A stretch of 64,000 bases of DNA. Source: Lama glama. Its lineage: Eukaryota. Below are positions 61,570-64,000 of the stretch, piece after piece. How positions within the stretch are numbered: the first letter of the stretch is position 1; each line of letters opens with the position of its first letter. Below the pieces are notes generated by a model. That model was not told the DNA's origin. It saw nothing but the letters and a program-made list of their open reading frames with translations, and made no database searches. The DNA lies in contig CM052839.1 in the NCBI GenBank assembly GCA_028534125.1, forward strand, positions 23,188,001-23,252,000, read 5' to 3'. The position numbers and the translations under genes are program-made.

Positions 61570-61770
61570 TCCCTCCTGGGACCAGGCACTGCGCTGGGTG
61601 CACTGCAAACAGCCTGTCATTTAATCCCCCCAGCAGCCAGCCCCGTGTGCTTCTATGACCATCCCATTTTACAGACAAGGAAACAGAGGTTCAGAGAGTT
61701 TATACGTCTCTCCAAGATTATTCCACGACAAATGGTGGTGAGTTTGGACCACGTTTCTCTGATTCCAAAC
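61570..61770 (-). mobile_element. MIR
   Basis: tcatttaatcc...catcccattttacagacaaggaaacagaggttcagagag. Confidence 0.75.
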
Positions 61771-62593
61771 AGGATTCCTTTCTGGTCTACCAGCTGGTGC
61801 TTCTAACTCTCCGTATTTGATTCTACACATCAGAGAGAAAGATACCCACCTGCTAAAACCTACTTCTAGTGACCGTCCTCTGTCCTGAGGCCTTGGGATT
61901 CTGATGGCACAGACGGAGGAATGTCTGATGGTAACTTGGAGATGTTCTGAGAGGAGTTCAGACTCTGTATGTTGAAGTGAAAGAAATGGGGCAGAGTTTG
62001 AGGAGCGATGGGCCTGGGGTCACAGGACATCAGCGTCATCAGGGTGTGTGGGCTCCCAGAATCCGAAGTTCTTCTCACATCCGAGGGAAACTGAGGCTTG
62101 GGCACAGGGAAGGGCTTACCCAAGACGATGTCAGGAGCTGGAGCTAACTTGAGGTCCAAGGCTCTGTTTTCCACATTATTTACCCTCATCACTGACTTCC
62201 GTGCTTTGTCATGAGACTGGTCTTGACTTTGATTCTCAGCTTTGGTTCTGTCCCCTTCTCTCTGCTTTTGGTGGTCTTGTGGTCTCCTAGCCCCTGGCGG
62301 ACCCCTCCCCTTGGCCCTGCTCGCCGGTTCACCCCTCTCTCCTTTCCACAGAGCTCGTCCGCATGGTGCTGAATGGCTGAGGACATTCCCCATAACCTGT
62401 GGCTTTCATCAGTGGCTTCTTAACTTCCCATCTCATCTCTGTGGCTGGTTTGTTAACCTGGATGCCCCTGGGGGTAGGGGTAGGACAGAGGGTGGGGATG
62501 AGGAGGGGAGAAGCATGTAGGGCTCCTCTGGCTCCAGTCCCACTGTGGGGTCCTGTCACTGAGGGGTCCGTGCATGGTGTGATGGGAACCCAC

Positions 62594-63062
62594 TGTGATC
62601 GATTCAAATTCTGGCCCAAATTCTTTACCCTCTTCCTTCATCTAACCCTTGCCATGGCTTCATCACACGTGGAGTTGACTTTCCTGCCTCTTGACGTTGG
62701 ACTTGACTGTGTGACTTGCTTTGGTCAATGAGATGTTAGCAACGTGGCAAAAGCCAGGACTTGAGATGTGCTTGTGTGGTTGGGCTTCCCCTCTTACACG
62801 CCTGCCAATGCCATGAGATGAACATGCCCCAGCCAGCCTACTCGTCCAGGCTGGATGGGACTCAGTTGGAGCAGAGCCACCCTGGCCAACTCCAGTCTTT
62901 CTGGGAGAAGCAGAGCTGCCCCAGCCGCCACAGTTTGAAGCACAATTGCCTGGGTGAACTTAGCCAAGTTTCAGCTGACCCAAATGTCCCTGAGCATAGA
63001 TGCTCCTTATCATATACAACTGTGAGTTTTGTGGTGTTTGTTACACAGCATAACCAGTACAC
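62594..63062 (+). mobile_element. MaLR solo LTR (MLT1H/G-like)
   Basis: tgtgacttgctttggtcaatgagatgttagca...gccatgagatgaacatgcccca...gttttgtggtgtttgttacacagca. Confidence 0.8.
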
Positions 63063-63469
63063 AAGCCATCGACACAATGTGCTTAGCAACCTCTAGTTCC
63101 TATTTAAAATCTTTCCCCTCAATTTATGAAAAGTGAGAACAAGTCCTTAAGCACCCACAATGTGTCCGTTTCCAGGTAGGCATGATCTGTGTAGAAGTTT
63201 GGGTTCCTGTCTTTGAAATGCTCAGCGTGGGAGAGACAGGGGGTAAAAAGATGGTTACAAAATCTGATGCTAGTGAAAGATTCCTGGAGGATAATGATCT
63301 CTAAGTCAAGTCTTGGAGGAGGAAGAAGAGGGGTAGTGTGCTCACGGCAGAGAGCATCCCCAAAGTCACGAAGGTAGGAAGCAAGCTGGTCCATTCATGG
63401 ACCCCAAGCCCTCTCTGCGCTGGAACGTTACCCCCAGTACAGAGAGTCAGCCCGAGCACAGATCTGGCT

Positions 63470-63700
63470 CTGATATTTCACAAGTCCCTGATCAAATGTT
63501 TGTACCCAAAAAAGGCATCAATAATGGCAGTTTATTACCTGATTAAGTTCCGGGTAAAGTCCATTAAATAAAAAAGGAGCACAAGATGGGATAAAACTCA
63601 AACTCAAAGGGGATAAAAGACTCTGGGTACTGTTGCGGATGCAATAAACACAGCATAATCCAGGAATGCCAAAGGCACAGAGGTAATTACACACCGACAC
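63470..63700. promoter_or_regulatory. Candidate homeodomain-rich enhancer
   Basis: tttattac, tgattaag, ccattaaa, gcaataaa, taatcc and gtaattac within about 200 bp of unique sequence. Confidence 0.35.
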
Positions 63701-64000
63701 CTGCTCCTGGAAGTCGGGCTAGGGTCCGGGGGGCCCAGCGGAGCGCTCTGACACAGAAAGCACGGCAGCAGCGCCCCACCCCATCCTGCCCAGATCCTGC
63801 CTGAGATGCAGCCCCTTCCCCTTGGCTTCTCCGAGTGTCACTTTCACTAGGACTTTTCTGAGTGCCGCTCATTTTCTGCTCATTTTCTGTAGGGGCAGGG
63901 GGCCGGAGATGGCGGGGAAGGGAGGGGAGCAGCCTCCCTGGCCGCATGCAGTAGGCGTGGCTCCTCCCTAGAGCCCACCCCTTCTCCTTCTAAGACTCCC

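Noticed and set aside
1-64000. Hundreds of 60-200 aa ORFs in the six-frame track
   Set aside because: They overlap on both strands, many start at non-ATG codons or lie in repeats, and none resembles a protein I recognise. This is expected by chance in GC-rich DNA.
1-64000. CRISPR arrays, operons or other prokaryote-type systems
   Set aside because: No regularly spaced repeat-spacer array or gene-dense segment. The sequence is uniformly mammalian.

Overview
Non-coding mammalian genomic DNA, almost certainly from a camelid (camel, alpaca or llama). The evidence is six copies of the tRNA-Ala-derived Vic-1-type SINE plus artiodactyl/camelid-type L1 3' ends. The window is moderately GC-rich and dense in MIR and L2, with MaLR/ERV solo LTRs, hAT and Tigger DNA-transposon relics, microsatellites and two assembly gaps. 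I recognise no protein-coding exon, and the ORF track looks like chance ORFs. Between the repeats lie several repeat-free, AT-richer, motif-dense islands that look like conserved enhancers, as expected in a gene desert or large intron near a developmental gene; I cannot name the locus. I see no convincing new biological system. The best-supported oddities are (i) a 64-bp locally templated insertion with fold-back junctions interrupting a MIR, (ii) an island with a perfect CRE and two identical inverted 13-bp POU-like sites, (iii) a chain of overlapping palindromes beside an old L1 with an intact TSD, and (iv) closely spaced inverted SINEs. Repeat family names come from my recollection of consensus sequences and need RepeatMasker/Dfam confirmation.
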